Shown here in pieces: positions 26,804-40,106 of a stretch of DNA of 64,000 nucleotides. Each line of letters starts with the position of its first letter. The stretch's first letter is position 1. A program made the position numbers and the translations under genes. The notes under the pieces were generated by a model, which saw only the letters and a list, made by a program, of their open reading frames with translations, searched no databases and had not been told where the DNA came from. Location of the stretch: assembly GCA_951406725.2 (NCBI GenBank), contig OX597818.1:40672001-40736000 (forward strand). The letters are read 5' to 3'. The DNA is from Octopus vulgaris (Eukaryota).

Positions 26804-27164
26804 CTAGCAGTATCGCCCGGCGTTGCTCGGGTTTGTAAGGGAAATAACTATAAAGCAAAAATGCATTAAAAATGGAAAAAAAATTATGGTAAATTTTTTT
26901 TTAAATCGTTGACTCATCGTAGACATTTTTAGAGAGTTACTTCCCTTATGTTTTAAAATATGCATTAAAATGGAAAAAAATTATGGTAAATTATTTTTAA
27001 AATCGTAGACTCCTCGTAGGCGCGCGCTAATACCCAGAAGGGCTTGATATGAATAACGACTATAAGATACCCGGTTTTGGTTAAACTGCACCGCAAAATG
27101 TGGGAGTAGTTAGGAATCTAAATCGGAGTAGACAGACACACAACCTTTCTTTTATATATAAAGA
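26804..27164 (-). mobile_element. Non-autonomous Helitron
   Basis: Minus strand starts TC(TTTATATATAAAAG), ends CTAG, has subterminal hairpin CCCGAGCAACGCCGGG, and sits between A and T with no TSD. Confidence 0.85.
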
Positions 27165-28559
27165 TAAATAACATGCCCGCAATATAGGTAGAGAAGTGTA
27201 TAGGACTTAGTGTAATCCAATATTCTGTTGCTTTAAAATTAAACACTCTATGATATTTAGTATTTCTCTCAACCGTTTTTACTATTCTATTATCTTCAAT
27301 TTGCAACTTTAACAGGGAAATATTTCTCTGTCGCTATTGCAGCATACATTTGATTCTCAGAGGGTCACCTGTGATAACTCAGATAAAATTCCTAAACTTC
27401 ATTTTCACCTTGTAAATGATGCTTTCAATCAGAATCCTTCACCAGCGTCATGATATGTCCACGGACAATATAGTTTGCTGTCAATGACCACAGTTTACTT
27501 TTGTTCAATCGTATATCGTTGAGTGATATTCTCCACTGCTCTAGAATTGAGTCTGAACAAGATAACATAACTCATGACATAAACTGAATACTACCCACAA
27601 GTCATTTTGTTTATTCGTTTCTCATAACAAACATCAGCAGAAGTTAAATGAATCGCAGCGGTCCGTAAACGGGAATTAGATGTGCGCATGTTTGTGTGTT
27701 TGTTAATTTTTAATATATACTGAGATTGCGTCTCTTATGTAGATGCTGTACTCTTCCTTCATAAAGTTGTATGAGCACTTTTCTTTTCTGCTACGAAGTC
27801 AGACTGTGGTAAGTGAATTATTGACATTTTTATCGCTTTTTCAGTGTTATAACCAAGTTTGCGTAAAACACCAAGGTACATGCGAGGTCACTACCTCCTA
27901 GTATGGAAAATACAGTCAGTCTATATCCCCATAGATTTTCGAATTTCCAGGATTAGTGAACAGTTTGCGAGTTCTTATACCCATTTCGATAGTAGTTCAG
28001 GAGATCAAGTATGCGTGTTACGAAATGGATTACAATGGTTTTGTTGAGGACATGCTATTGTCGGTTGGCAATTGTCATGACTGAATTTTCATTAGAACCT
28101 TGAAGTATTTACTTCTTGTCTTCTCTTTATTAATGGGTTTGCTAAACCTGACATTCTCATCTTGTCCAAGTATTTGTAGTTCTGACTTGAATGTAAACAG
28201 TTTTTTTTTAATTCCTTATCATACAAAATACACTTGTAGACTAATCGAGTATCTTTCCAATATCAATGGAAAATCAGATAAGACACAATTGTTTTTTGGT
28301 GTGGTTGACACGACAAAGACTTTAACCATTGTTTCGTGAGCAGGTGCAAAAGTGGGTTTACAGAGAGAACAGAGAACAGAAGGGATAAGCCATCGACCGG
28401 TAGGACATCCTATTAGTAAATTGATAATGTATTTCGTCATATTTGATTCATTTCTTTTCCTCCGAGACGAATTAAGTAATAGACCAAATCTCGGTTATAC
28501 GTAGATAAGCAGCCACTAGTGGTTGTTTGGTTTTGGTTAATAGTAATGCTTTCATAATG

Positions 28560-28591
<32 letters not shown>

Positions 28592-29378
28592 TGCATGTAT
28601 GTATGTATGTACCTTAGCTAAACTTTGTATGTTTGCGAACATATCTGTATCTATGCATGTAGTTTTGTATGTGAATGAGCCTGCATATAAATTCATTTTA
28701 GAAGCGGAAGCATCGCATAATATCGTGTGACAGTAACTAGCTAAATCACTTTTTCTTGGAATGCTATTTGCACAGTCTTGGCAGTGGTTGCTGCCTCTCC
28801 CCTGCTCTGCCTCCTCTTCATTCTCGCACTCTCCTTCTCTCACTTTCTATCTGTCAGTCTGTCAGTCTGTCTGTCTGTCTGTCTGTCAATTCATATATAT
28901 TTTTCTATCCTACGGCCACCAATTCAGAGATATGAGAGGTTGTATAAAGTAAACAAAAAGGACATTAGTCAGCAGTGTGTGATTAGCTGAAGTTGGAAGA
29001 GAGAGAAAATGAAAGTGTGAGATTTAGAGAGATTGCCTGTGTGTATGAGAGAAAGAAAGACAGAAATCAAGAGCGAGAGAGAGAGAGAGGTGGGAGAGAC
29101 AGAGAAATGAAGTATAGGGGTATATGGCTATTTGCTGCTACATAACCGGTGTAATTAGCATGAAATTACTGTTCACTCTGGCGCAACACGACTTGCTAAT
29201 AACTATCTATTAATTTGAACACAACTTGAGATTACCAGGCTGCACTAATCCCCTTACATGATACTCTCTCCCTTACGCACTCCTCTCATTAAACTTACAT
29301 TCTTTCACTCTCACCTTTTCTATATATTTCTCCCTCCCACTATCTCTCTCCGTCTCTCCATCTTTCTCCAGTCTGTTT

Positions 29379-29451
<73 letters not shown>

Positions 29452-29757
29452 GTATCTGTCTATCTATCTGTCTGTCTATCTGTCTGGCTATCTCTATCTC
29501 TCTGTCTCTCTCTCTCTATCTCGCCCTGTCTGCTTTCTTGCTTGTCTGTCTCCCTGTGTAGCTGCCTGCCTGTCTATGTATGTATGTATGTATGTATGTA
29601 TGTATGTATGTATGTATGTATGCATGTATGTATGTATGTATGTATGTATGTATGTATGTATGTGTGTGTATGTATGTATGTATGTATATATGTATATGTG
29701 TATGTATGTATCTATCTATATGTCTGTCTGTCTGTCTATCTGTCTGTCTACCTGTCA

Positions 29758-29810
<53 letters not shown>

Positions 29811-30269
29811 ATATAATATATCTATCTATCTATGTCTGTCTGATCGCCAGTCTGTCTAATCGCCAGTCTGTCTGTTTGTCTGTCTGTCTGTCTGTTTGTC
29901 TATCTAGCTGTATTAATTTACCTCTTAGGGTCGAGAGAACGTTGCTCATGACGATAAGTTTTTGCCCAAAACATAAAACCCTGGTCTGAAAGACTATTAA
30001 AGCAGGAAACGGAGTGAGGAAGCACCCCAAATCTCAGAACGCAAATAGGCGGGATAAATACCGTAAGGCTTCTTATACAAGGCTTCAGCAATTCCAGAAG
30101 CCATCTTTGCTGAAGTAACATCTACCTACCTACCTAGATACATACATACATATATACTTACCAATCTATCTTTCTATCTATCTGTCTATATAGCTATCAT
30201 TTGTTCGTCTATTTGTCAAAAATCTCTTTCGGCTTTCTTGTGTGTACTCTGTCTATCTTAATATATATA

Positions 30270-30481
30270 TTTCTTTATTGCCCACAAGGAGCTAAACGTA
30301 GAGGGGACAAACAAAGACAAATAAAGTGATTAAGTGCGTAACTGGTACTTTATTTATCGGCCTCGAAAGGATGAAAGGCAAAGTCGACCTCGGCGGAATT
30401 TGAACTCAGAAACGTAACGGCAGACGAAATACCGCTAAGCATTTTGCCCAGCGTGCTAACGTTTCTGCCAGCTCGCTGCCT
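30270..30481 (-). mobile_element. Family A SINE with TSD
   Basis: TCTATCTTAATATATATA on both flanks. Confidence 0.88.
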
Positions 30482-30727
30482 TCTATCTTAATATATATAC
30501 GAATGCATATATCTCATGTCTTGACACCCCTTCTCTTTTGCTCTCTCTCACGCTTACTCTTCCTCTTACCATTTGGCTCCTTAATTCAGTCTCCGATTGT
30601 CTCAATCCTACACACCCAAGCCAACAAAGAAGCATTTATATCGACACTAAAATTTCTAGAATTAGCTGCTAAATGCCAGAAAACGAAAAACACTTCTCTA
30701 TACTTTTAGAAAACAAATGACACATTT

Positions 30728-31160
30728 CATCATCGTTTAACGTCTGCTTTCCATGCTGACATGGATTGGACGGTTTGACTGAGGACTGGCAAGTCAGGAG
30801 CCTGTGCCGCGCTCCAATCTGATCTGGCAAGGTTTCTACAGCTAGATGAGCTTCCTAACGCCATCAACTCCGAGAGTGGAGTGGGTGCTTTTTACGCGCC
30901 ACCAGCACGGGAGCCAGTCAAGCGGCACTAGCATCGACTACACTTGAATGGTGCTTTTTACGTGCTACCGGCACGGGAACCAGTCAGGCAGCACTAGCAT
31001 CGACCATGCTCATATGGTGATATTTTTACGTTCCACCTGCATGGGAGCCAGTCCGGCGGCACTGGCATCGACCACACTCGAATGGTGCTTTTTACGTGCC
31101 ATCGGCACGGGAGCGAGCCAGTCCAGCGGCACTGGTATCGACCACGCTCGAATGGTGCTT
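30728..31160 (-). mobile_element. Retroposon 3' part (GGCGTTAGGAAG... domain, (GAT)n tail) with internal ~65-bp minisatellite
   Basis: Homologous to 40107-40271; about 4.5 tandem units of GGTGCTTTTTACGTGCCACCGGCACGGGAGCCAGTC at 30883-31160. Confidence 0.75.
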
Positions 31161-31169
31161 TTTTTACGT

Positions 31170-31560
31170 GCCACCGGCACAGTGTCGAGGTAGACTATGA
31201 AGGAGTGATGCTTGAGCTCTGAAATCTTTCGTGCATTAATTTCAACACTTATTAATACCGCATTATTTCTTTTCAAATAAACTAGCATCTTATTATACAA
31301 AGAAGACTTCAGAAGTAACCATTAGCGACTTCTCTTGAATATGGACAAAATTCGGTATCATAGTGTTATCAAACACATGCAGAAAAAGGATGTTGCGCAA
31401 GGACAATCGTGCTGAGATGATTGTTACATTAGGGGATGATGCTCCAGCGTTGTTAGCCGTGCAAAATCGAGCAGTTGAAGGGGAAGCAGTCTTAAAGATG
31501 ACCTAAGACGACTTAAAGATGTACGTCCTGCAACTGCCAGCAAAATGTAATTGATCGTAG
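31170..31560 (+). mobile_element. Mariner transposase N-terminal remnant
   Basis: MDKIRYHSVIKHMQKK...LGDDAPALLAVQ resembles the mariner HTH start; frameshifted. Confidence 0.6.
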
Positions 31561-31982
31561 GTTTGTTCAGTCAGTACTGACATAGGGACTAATGAACCCA
31601 CCAAACCATAGCTCTTCTCCAATTCATCTATAGCTCTCTTCTTTCTATAACAGCCATTTAGATAACAGCTTAACCACGTGACCTTTTATTGCCAATACTG
31701 TCTTGTATTTTCGGTCATTTTTATTTTCTTCTTCAATTCTTAACTTTTGAGAATAAATTACTCAGTATTGCCTAATTTTAGCTGTTTTATCCTACGTCTA
31801 CTTTACACTCTCCCTCACCCTCCTTCTCTCTTCAATACTTTCTCCCTCTTGCCTTCTGTGTCTCTCCCTTTCTTTTTAACTATGTCTGTCTGTGTGTTTA
31901 TCTCAGCTCCTCACTTTCTCACTCTCTCTCTCTCTCTCACACACATATACCTACCTACATATATATACATATATATATATAT

Positions 31983-32044
<62 letters not shown>

Positions 32045-32517
32045 TAATCAATATAGGGTGGCAAAAAAAATTTCGTAGAATTTATTTGCCACCAGCGGCC
32101 TAGTGGGAAAAAATTAAATAGTCATAGACCATTTATAAGTTCAACATCACAATCAAGGAATGGCCATAATAGGCCATTCTCCCACTAGAAATAACAGCCA
32201 AAGCTTCAACCGCAAAATAACATCAATTCCGCAAACCAGGAGAAAATTAAAAAAACATTTACCCTGTAATTTCTTATACGATGCACCGTTTCATCTATTG
32301 TTTAATGGTAAACTAACCTGATTAAATTAAATCAAACCAATCTTCCATAGGCCGATAGATTCGTCAGTAAGAAACAGCCAGATCCGAGCAGATATTATCA
32401 CGAGGCACCTCTATCCCTGCCTCGGCAATATCTGACCTAAAATTTTCAAATCATCGCACTCGCGATATATATATATATATATACATATATACACATACAT
32501 ATATATATGTACATATA

Positions 32518-32567
<50 letters not shown>

Positions 32568-32571
<4 letters not shown>

Positions 32572-33165
32572 AGTACATTAAAAGGCTTCCAAATAAAGAA
32601 GCGAGTGCTAGATACACAAAAAGGGGATAAATTTATGAAATGGAATGAAAATCAAAAACGTTTACCAACTCAGCTAATCCTGTACCGCGGTTTCATCTTT
32701 TTTTTAGCAAATGAATAGAATTTATCTGCCAAGGCCAGAATCATCAGCAAGAAGCCTTTGTAATCCGAGACGTACAAACCATTAGAAGCACGTGCAAATC
32801 TAACGATCTGTATACCCTAACTTTTCAGACCAGTGCGCAGACGCAAATCATACCCGGCGACAGAGAGGATGCCGGTAAAATCGAGCAAATTTATCGAGCA
32901 ATATTTAAACATAGTAAATAGGGTAATAAAAATAAATTATTATTACCAGTGACCTAGCACAAAAGACAAATTAGTCATTAGACTATATGTTATTCATATA
33001 TAAGTACATTAAAAGGCTTCTTTTTGTGTATCTAGTACTCGCTTCTTTATTTGGAAGCCTTTTAATGTACTTATATATGAATAACATATAATCTAATGAC
33101 TAATTTGTCTTTTGTGCTAGGTCACTGGTAATAATAATTTATTTTTATTACCCTATTTACTATAT
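32568..33165 (-). mobile_element. Non-coding Penelope-like/retrozyme-like element: 431-bp unit, partial direct repeat and inverted copy
   Basis: TAAGTACATTAAAAGGCTTC recurs at 32570 and 33001; 33021-33162 is the reverse complement of the unit end/start junction; adjacent to (TA)n; contains a hammerhead. Confidence 0.75.
32678..32752 (-). ncRNA. Type I hammerhead ribozyme (predicted)
   Basis: Minus: stem I TCTTG/CAGGA, CTGATGA, long stem II (TTGGCAGAT/ATTTGCTAA), GAAA, palindromic stem III ACCGCGGT, GUA cleavage triplet. Confidence 0.75.
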
Positions 33166-33189
33166 ATTTATTGATATTTATTCTTTTTT

Positions 33190-33412
33190 CTTTGTTTTAC
33201 TTGTTTCAGTCATTTGACTGTGGTCTTGCTGGAGCGCCGCCTTTAGTCGAGCTAATCGACCCCAGGACTTATTCTTTGTAAGCCTAGTACTTATTCTATC
33301 GGTTTCTTTTGCCGAACAGCTAAGTTACGGGGACGTAAACATACCGGCATCGGTTGTCAAGCGATGTTGGGGGAACAAACAAAGGCACACACGCGCACGC
33401 ACACACACACAT

Positions 33413-33480
<68 letters not shown>

Positions 33481-33635
33481 GACTGGCTTCTTTCAGCTTC
33501 CCTCTACCAAATCCACTCACAAAGCTTTGGTCGGTCCGAGACAATAGTAGAAAATACTTTCCCAAGGTGCCACGCAGTGGGACTGAACTTGGAACCATGT
33601 GGTTGGAAAGCAGGCTACTTACCACGCAGCCACTC
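33190..33635 (-). mobile_element. Family B SINE, full length
   Basis: Tail, internal (CA)n(TA)n, core and head present. Confidence 0.9.
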
Positions 33636-33964
33636 CAATGCCCCTCTCTCCTTATATTTGTGTATTATTTTCATGAGTTTAGCTTATCTTTTGGAACAGT
33701 CTCTCGTTTCTAATGCAATGCTATCAGTCATAGCAACTGTCTAGTGGTGTAGCTCTGGTCCTGGATACAGCAAACGATTACATGTGTAGCACCAGCTGGA
33801 AAAGCAATAACAACAGACTGTAACAACAAATGACGCTAGCGAATGACTTCGTAACAGTGGTACAAGGAAAACAAAATATGTGTAAATGGAAGGAGGACTT
33901 GAGTAAATAAATAGATCCAGCATTACGAACACCAGAAACGCAACCGCAGCCTTTATCAATATAT

Positions 33965-34360
33965 TCTCTTTTACTTTTTTCAGTCATTTGACTGTGACCA
34001 TGCTGGAGCACCGCTTCTAGTCGAGCAAATCGCCCCCAGGACTTATTCTTTGTAAGCCTAGTACTTATTCCATCGGTCGCTTTTGCCGAACCGCTAAGTT
34101 ACGGGGACGCAAACACACCAGCATCGGTTGTCAAGTGATGTTGGGGAGGACAAACACAGGTACACAAACACACATATATATACATATGCATATATACGAC
34201 GGGCTTCTTTTCAGTTTCCGTCTACCAAATCCACTCACAAAGCTTTGGTCGGCCCGAGGCTATAGTAGAAAACACTTTCCCAAGGTGCCACGCAGTGGGA
34301 CTGAACCCAGAACCACGTGGTTGGTAATCAAGCTACTTACCACACAGCCACTCCTGTGCC
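33965..34360 (-). mobile_element. Family B SINE, full length
   Basis: Tail to CACAGCCACTCCTGTGCC head. Confidence 0.9.
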
Positions 34361-34389
34361 TATATATAAATCTTTTTTTAACATTTTGT

Positions 34390-34775
34390 CTTTTATTTGT
34401 TTCAGTCATTGAACTGTGACCATGCTGGGGCAATGCCTTGAAGGGCTTTATTCGAACAAATCGACTTCGGTATTTATCATCATTTTTATAATCTGTTATT
34501 TATTTCACCGATCACGTTTGCTGAACTGCTAAGTCATAGAGACGTAAATAGACCAGCATTTGTTATCAAACGATGCGTGTGCGGGAAGATGCAAACACAA
34601 CATAAACACAAAGGCATACACCCGTGAACACATATTATTTGACAGGCTTCCTCAAAGTTTCCATCTTGTCGGCCCGGGGCTATAGTAGAAGACACTTGGG
34701 CAAGAAGCCGCGCAGTGGAACTGAACCCGAAATCCCGCGGTTGCAAAGTAAGCTTGTTAGCTACACAGCTATACC
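34390..34775 (-). mobile_element. Family B SINE, degenerate
   Basis: TTGTTTCAGTCATT and GCTATAGTAGAAGACACTTG motifs. Confidence 0.7.
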
Positions 34776-34784
34776 TGACAATTA

Positions 34785-35005
34785 TACAAGGTGCGGCAGA
34801 AGTTAATGCCTTTTTGTATTTGAGTTTTCTAGGTTCTAATTGAGCCCCTTTTTCTAAAACTTCTGTGATTTATTTTTATTAGTTTATTATTCGTTTCTTT
34901 AAGTAATGCAATAAATCTGTGTTCAATAAAACTTATTTAATAAACGTTTATATACTATAAAAGTTATTAAATGCTAAAAGGGCGTAACCTCAGCTGCACC
35001 CTGTA
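34785..35005. mobile_element. Tc1/mariner-type MITE
   Basis: TA-CAAGGTGCGGCAGAAGTTAATGCC ... GGCGTAACCTCAGCTGCACCCTG-TA imperfect TIRs, TA TSD, AT-rich interior. Confidence 0.75.
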
Positions 35006-35739
35006 TATCAAATCTAGTGAGGTAGAAAACTATTAACTCCAGCAGGATTTGAACTCAGAACATTGGCAGACGAAGCTATATAAAGCTTGGAACTACAGCC
35101 AGTATTCTACGCTTTCAAGTGGTACTTGATGGGTTTGAAGAGAACGAGGAAAATCGGACGGGAAAACTTCCTTTATCAGCTCTTTATCGTGTCCGTGCTT
35201 GTGGTCTTAAGTTCGTGAGTTCAATTTCAAGACCAGGAAGCACGTTATGTCCTTGAGCAAGGCGCTTCATTTCACATTCCTCGAGCCTACTCAGCTGTAA
35301 CTCAGAGTGATGATGCACCCTCACTTCCACTGACTATTACATTCTGGATGTTCTGCGGAGTGAAGGGGTCGAGAGTGAGTCTACGTCTTCTCGCGACTAC
35401 ATAGACACATACTGGCTCGCAAACGTAGGTACTGCCCCGTACTACTATCTTTAACTGACATGTTAGTGACAGTTACTCGGAAGGCACGATGCAGAAAGGA
35501 AGTCAAGGAGTTAGAAAAACATGGATTTAAAATCTTTATTTTCAATGGGAATTATGTTTTAGAATGTGCGATATTATGCAACGACGAAAAATACCGGAAA
35601 AACCCCACAAAAATTCCATTTTATTTGTGACTGATATTTCGAAAGCCCGCCTAAACGAAGCAAGATTCGATTAAATTGTTGGGAAAATGAGCCCTCTTTT
35701 GTACGCTGCAGTTGATAACTATAATTACAGCTGTATATT

Positions 35740-36110
35740 GTTGAAAGATTTACGAGGGGAATTGATATAGAATTTGGGTTAGAGGAATATGCTATAGTAA
35801 CCTTGAAGAGAGGAAAATTAATTAACATCAGTTTATCATGCTAGATAAAGTAATTTGAGATAAGAGATCTACAGCAACCGCTGGCTTAAAAATGCTTGGA
35901 AAACAATGGACGCGATAGTGCAGAACACACAAATGAAAGAAAATTTTAGAAAGGAGTATTATAAACGCATTAGATGAATGCATAAACTAAAGCTACAATT
36001 TTTTTTTAAAAATAAAATAGGCATAAATACTATAGTTGTCCTAATAATAATTTATAATATTCTCAGCTGGTTGCAGGACGAATTGGTTAGTTTAAACAGA
36101 AAAAGAAAGC
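35740..36110 (+). pseudogene. Degenerate R4/Dong-like non-LTR retrotransposon RT fragment
   Basis: DIEFGLEEYAIVTLKRGKL and KENFRKEYYKRIR resemble R4-clade RT C-terminal motifs (recalled pattern EFGLxKCA...KRGK). Confidence 0.55.
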
Positions 36111-36329
36111 TCAAATCAAGGTTGTCATAAAAGATCACTACTAATCGAAGAATCAATTTCAATTGATGTTAAACAATCTTTAGAACAAAAAATATTAATA
36201 ACTGCAAATAAAGATAATCCGAATGCGGATCTGCACAGTTTAGAAATATGTACAGCAAAAAGGAGAACACACAATCAGGTATATGAACTAAAACAAAACG
36301 TTACGCACACCCACGCGTAAAGAGATTTA

Positions 36330-37921
36330 ATACATTGGAAACACAGGGGTTGAACAATTACATCATTTTTCAACATAGTCTCCTTGATTTGCAATGCACT
36401 TCTTCCAGCAGTTCACAAGCTCGCTTATTCCATTGGAGTAGAAGGTTTTCGGCTGGTCTCAAAGACATTTATGCACCACTTCCTCGTCGGTATCAATTCG
36501 ACTACCTCGTGAAGGATGCTTGGGAAGTCCAAAGAGGTGATGGCCGGATAGAGCAAGATTTTAACGGTATGCAAGATTTTCCTCAAATTCAAAACCGAAT
36601 TTTTCAATCAGTTCAACGGTGTTGAGCAACAACACTTTATTTCATGCAGCATTTGATACGAATTCAGTTTGTTGCCCTGTATTTCACTGTTGCCAATATT
36701 AGTGATTGTAGATCCCTTTTCTGGGTATTGTTCCAGTATAGTAGGCCTTTTTGCCTTCCCCAAAACGGTGAGCATCCCTTTTTCTACGAAACATTGAGTC
36801 TTGAATTTCTTTTTCGCTAGCGATTCCAGTAGTTTTCCCTCCATACTCTGCCTTTTGGATTCTGGCTCAGTGATGGACCCAGATTTCATCTGCTGCGACT
36901 ATTTATCCCAAAACAAAATTCACTTTCTTCATTGTAGCGGGCGAATAAGTGTTGAAATATCTCCATATGATTGTGCTTATGCGCTTCAGTAAGCTCTCTT
37001 TGTGCTCGCCTCGCAAGACTTTACGGAAGCAAAGCTTGTCCTGAATGATTTCGTATGTAGAACCACCACTAATTTGCAGAAAACATGCCACTTCATCTAT
37101 GATCACTCGTCGGTTCATCAGAACAGTCTCTCAAGCTTCTTGAATCTTCACGTTGTGATAGACGTTGATGGGAATCCTGCGCCATCTTCGTGTTTCACAC
37201 GTATCTGGCCTTTTTAAAATTCCTGATACCCTATCTCACACACACACACATGTGCTTCTATGTAGTAGAGCCCTGTCTCTCATTTGTACTGAAAGCCCGC
37301 GATGAATTCCAACCTCTGACACACTTCAGACGAGAGAAATTCGATCAGAGTTGTCTTTTCTTCCTGCATGCTGCGAATGGAGCGGTTATATTTACTCTGT
37401 AACACAAAAAAGAAAACTGAAGTGATCAAGGTCAAACATCAGTTGCGTAACAATAAGGACAAGTGCACTCAGAGAGCACAAACCTCCGCCAAGGCAACAC
37501 CAATGTCTTCTCAACAATTAGCCGGAGATGATTTTTAAAATGAGAAAGTCTGAAATAAACTCGACTGATCTCACAAACGAGAATAAATCCGACCCTTCTC
37601 AAAAATTAAGTAAAGCAAACGGGAAAAATAATCCAGAATCCTTGTCCGGTACTGGATCGATCCTAAAATCTAATCAGTTCGTGCCAGTCACAGGACCAAA
37701 CATCCCTGAAAGTTTCGTCCGAATCCATCTAGCGGTTCTTGAGATATCATGTCCACAGGCAAACAAACAAACAAACAAACAGACAAATACAACTGAAAAC
37801 AATACCTCCGCCTTCGCTAAGGCGGAGGTAATAAGCCTTTTAACACACGAGCACCGAAAGCAGTGTGACCAACCCAGAAAGTGTTGGCAAAAGTGCGGAT
37901 AAGTTTTGACATCATCTCGTG
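36330..37921 (-). mobile_element. Near full-length decayed mariner transposon, interrupted by an insertion at 37456-37831
   Basis: Minus ORFs NRRVIIDEVACFLQISGGSTYEIIQDKLCFRKV and EPESKRQSME...KKKFKTQ...GMLTV are mariner transposase motifs; TIR-like end AAGTTTTGACATCATCTCGT. Confidence 0.8.
37456..37831. mobile_element. DINE-1/HINE-like non-autonomous Helentron-type element
   Basis: Subterminal ACCTCCGCC near the left end, terminal hairpin ACCTCCGCCTTCGCTAAGGCGGAGGT at the right end, internal (AAAC)n, A-rich insertion site. Confidence 0.7.
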
Positions 37922-38109
37922 TGTGTGTACATGTATATGAACCTATGTAAGCGCGTATAACTCTATGTAGGGTTCTATATATCGGTTTATTATAGATATA
38001 TATGCATTAAAAATACACACACACACACATACATACATACATACATACATACATACATACATACATACATACATACATACATACATACATACATGCATAC
38101 ATACATACA

Positions 38110-38145
<36 letters not shown>

Positions 38146-38195
38146 TATGTTAATATCCAGATATTAATCTATATATACATATTAATATCCAGATA

Positions 38196-38290
<95 letters not shown>

Positions 38291-39106
38291 TGTATATAAA
38301 TGCAGAATACCAGCATTCGTATATACGAGTTTATATACATACCAACATATGTACGTGTTTACATACATACACTCATACGAACATACGTACGTACATACAC
38401 GCATACATACATACATACATGCAAGCATACATACATACATACATACATACATACATACATACATGCATGCATACATACATACATACATACATACATACAT
38501 ACATACATACATACATACATACATACATAATGAAATCAGACTACTTGCCAGCGTTGGATTCAGTAAATATACTGTCAAGCAGTCATGATATTAGAAAATA
38601 ATGTAAAATAGAACGAGCTGTCTAATGAAGTGTTATTCATGGTCTTTGATGAATAATTTGCGTCTGATAACTAATTAGTGACGTTGCCTGGATAGGTAGG
38701 TTATTGAAAAGGTGGGGTTTATCGAAGGATAGGTCAATTAAGGTTGTTGTAAGTGAGTAAAAAGAACGGAGGAAGCAAAAAAACAAAACGCTTCGTTTAT
38801 ATGTAAAGGAAAATGCAATGACAGAATAGTTTGTGGAAGGCAAGTTTTCGGGAAGTTTTTGAATGAAGCGTTTAGTTTGGAATAAAATGTGACAAGAATT
38901 GGCTGTGGATGGGAACGGGCAGGCGGCGGTGTAGTAAATATATAATTAGCTATGTTGTGTAAAATGGGAAGAAACATAAGGTGTGTTGGGAGGTGGTAAA
39001 GTGGACGTAGGTGTGCAAGAAAGACGTAATGATGTTAGTTAACAGGAGAAAGATAGATGGAGAAAAAGAGAGGGAATGGATATCACAGAGACTGTGGATA
39101 AGCATG

Positions 39107-39171
<65 letters not shown>

Positions 39172-39255
39172 TTGCCTAATAGTGGTTTTATCTCTAATTT
39201 AATTTATATATAGAGAGAGAGAGAGAGAGAGTATATAGAGATATATATATATATA

Positions 39256-39392
<137 letters not shown>

Positions 39393-39475
39393 AGCCTATA
39401 TATCAAATGTTAGTAGAGTTAGAGGTTGGAATAACCGTCTAGGGGATAAAAGTATCCGTTCTTTACTTTAAATTT

Positions 39476-39510
<35 letters not shown>

Positions 39511-39513
<3 letters not shown>

Positions 39514-39752
39514 TCATACGATATAGTGTTTATTTAAACACACAAGGAACCCACTCATAGGAATTCAACACGCTAGAAAGAACAATTGGTCCAGGAAACT
39601 AGATGGTAAAAGGTTTTTATTTTTCATTTCGTTCCTGTCGAATTTTATCCCTAACTTTTTGTGGTTATAGAAGCTAGCTGTTCTTTCTAGCATGTTGAAT
39701 TTCTATGAGTAGATTCCTCATGTGTTTAAATATACACTATATCGTATGACTT
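39511..39752. repeat. Fold-back inverted repeat at a (TA)n tract
   Basis: Arm 39511-39584 is an imperfect reverse complement of arm 39679-39752. Confidence 0.8.
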
Positions 39753-39838
39753 ATATATAGTCTTTTGGACTAAATTTTTACACGTTAGACCACTGTAAAT
39801 GTAAATTTTAATTAATTTCCATTCCTCTTTAATATGAT

Positions 39839-39923
<85 letters not shown>

Positions 39924-40106
39924 ATGCATATGGTTTTAAATTTTACAAAAACAAGAGACAGAAGCAGATGGGGAACAACAAACTCTCAGGAAACTCTCAG
40001 GAAAAATGGAATTCTTTGATGGAAGGAAAAACGTTTGTAAAATTACTTAATAAAGTCACAACAATTAAAGAAAGGTTTTTCAGAGTTATTAACTATATAT
40101 ATATAG

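Noticed and set aside
27800-28460. Non-repetitive stretch with short ORFs, one resembling a signal peptide (28100-28339)
   Set aside because: Non-ATG start, no recognisable domain and no splice evidence
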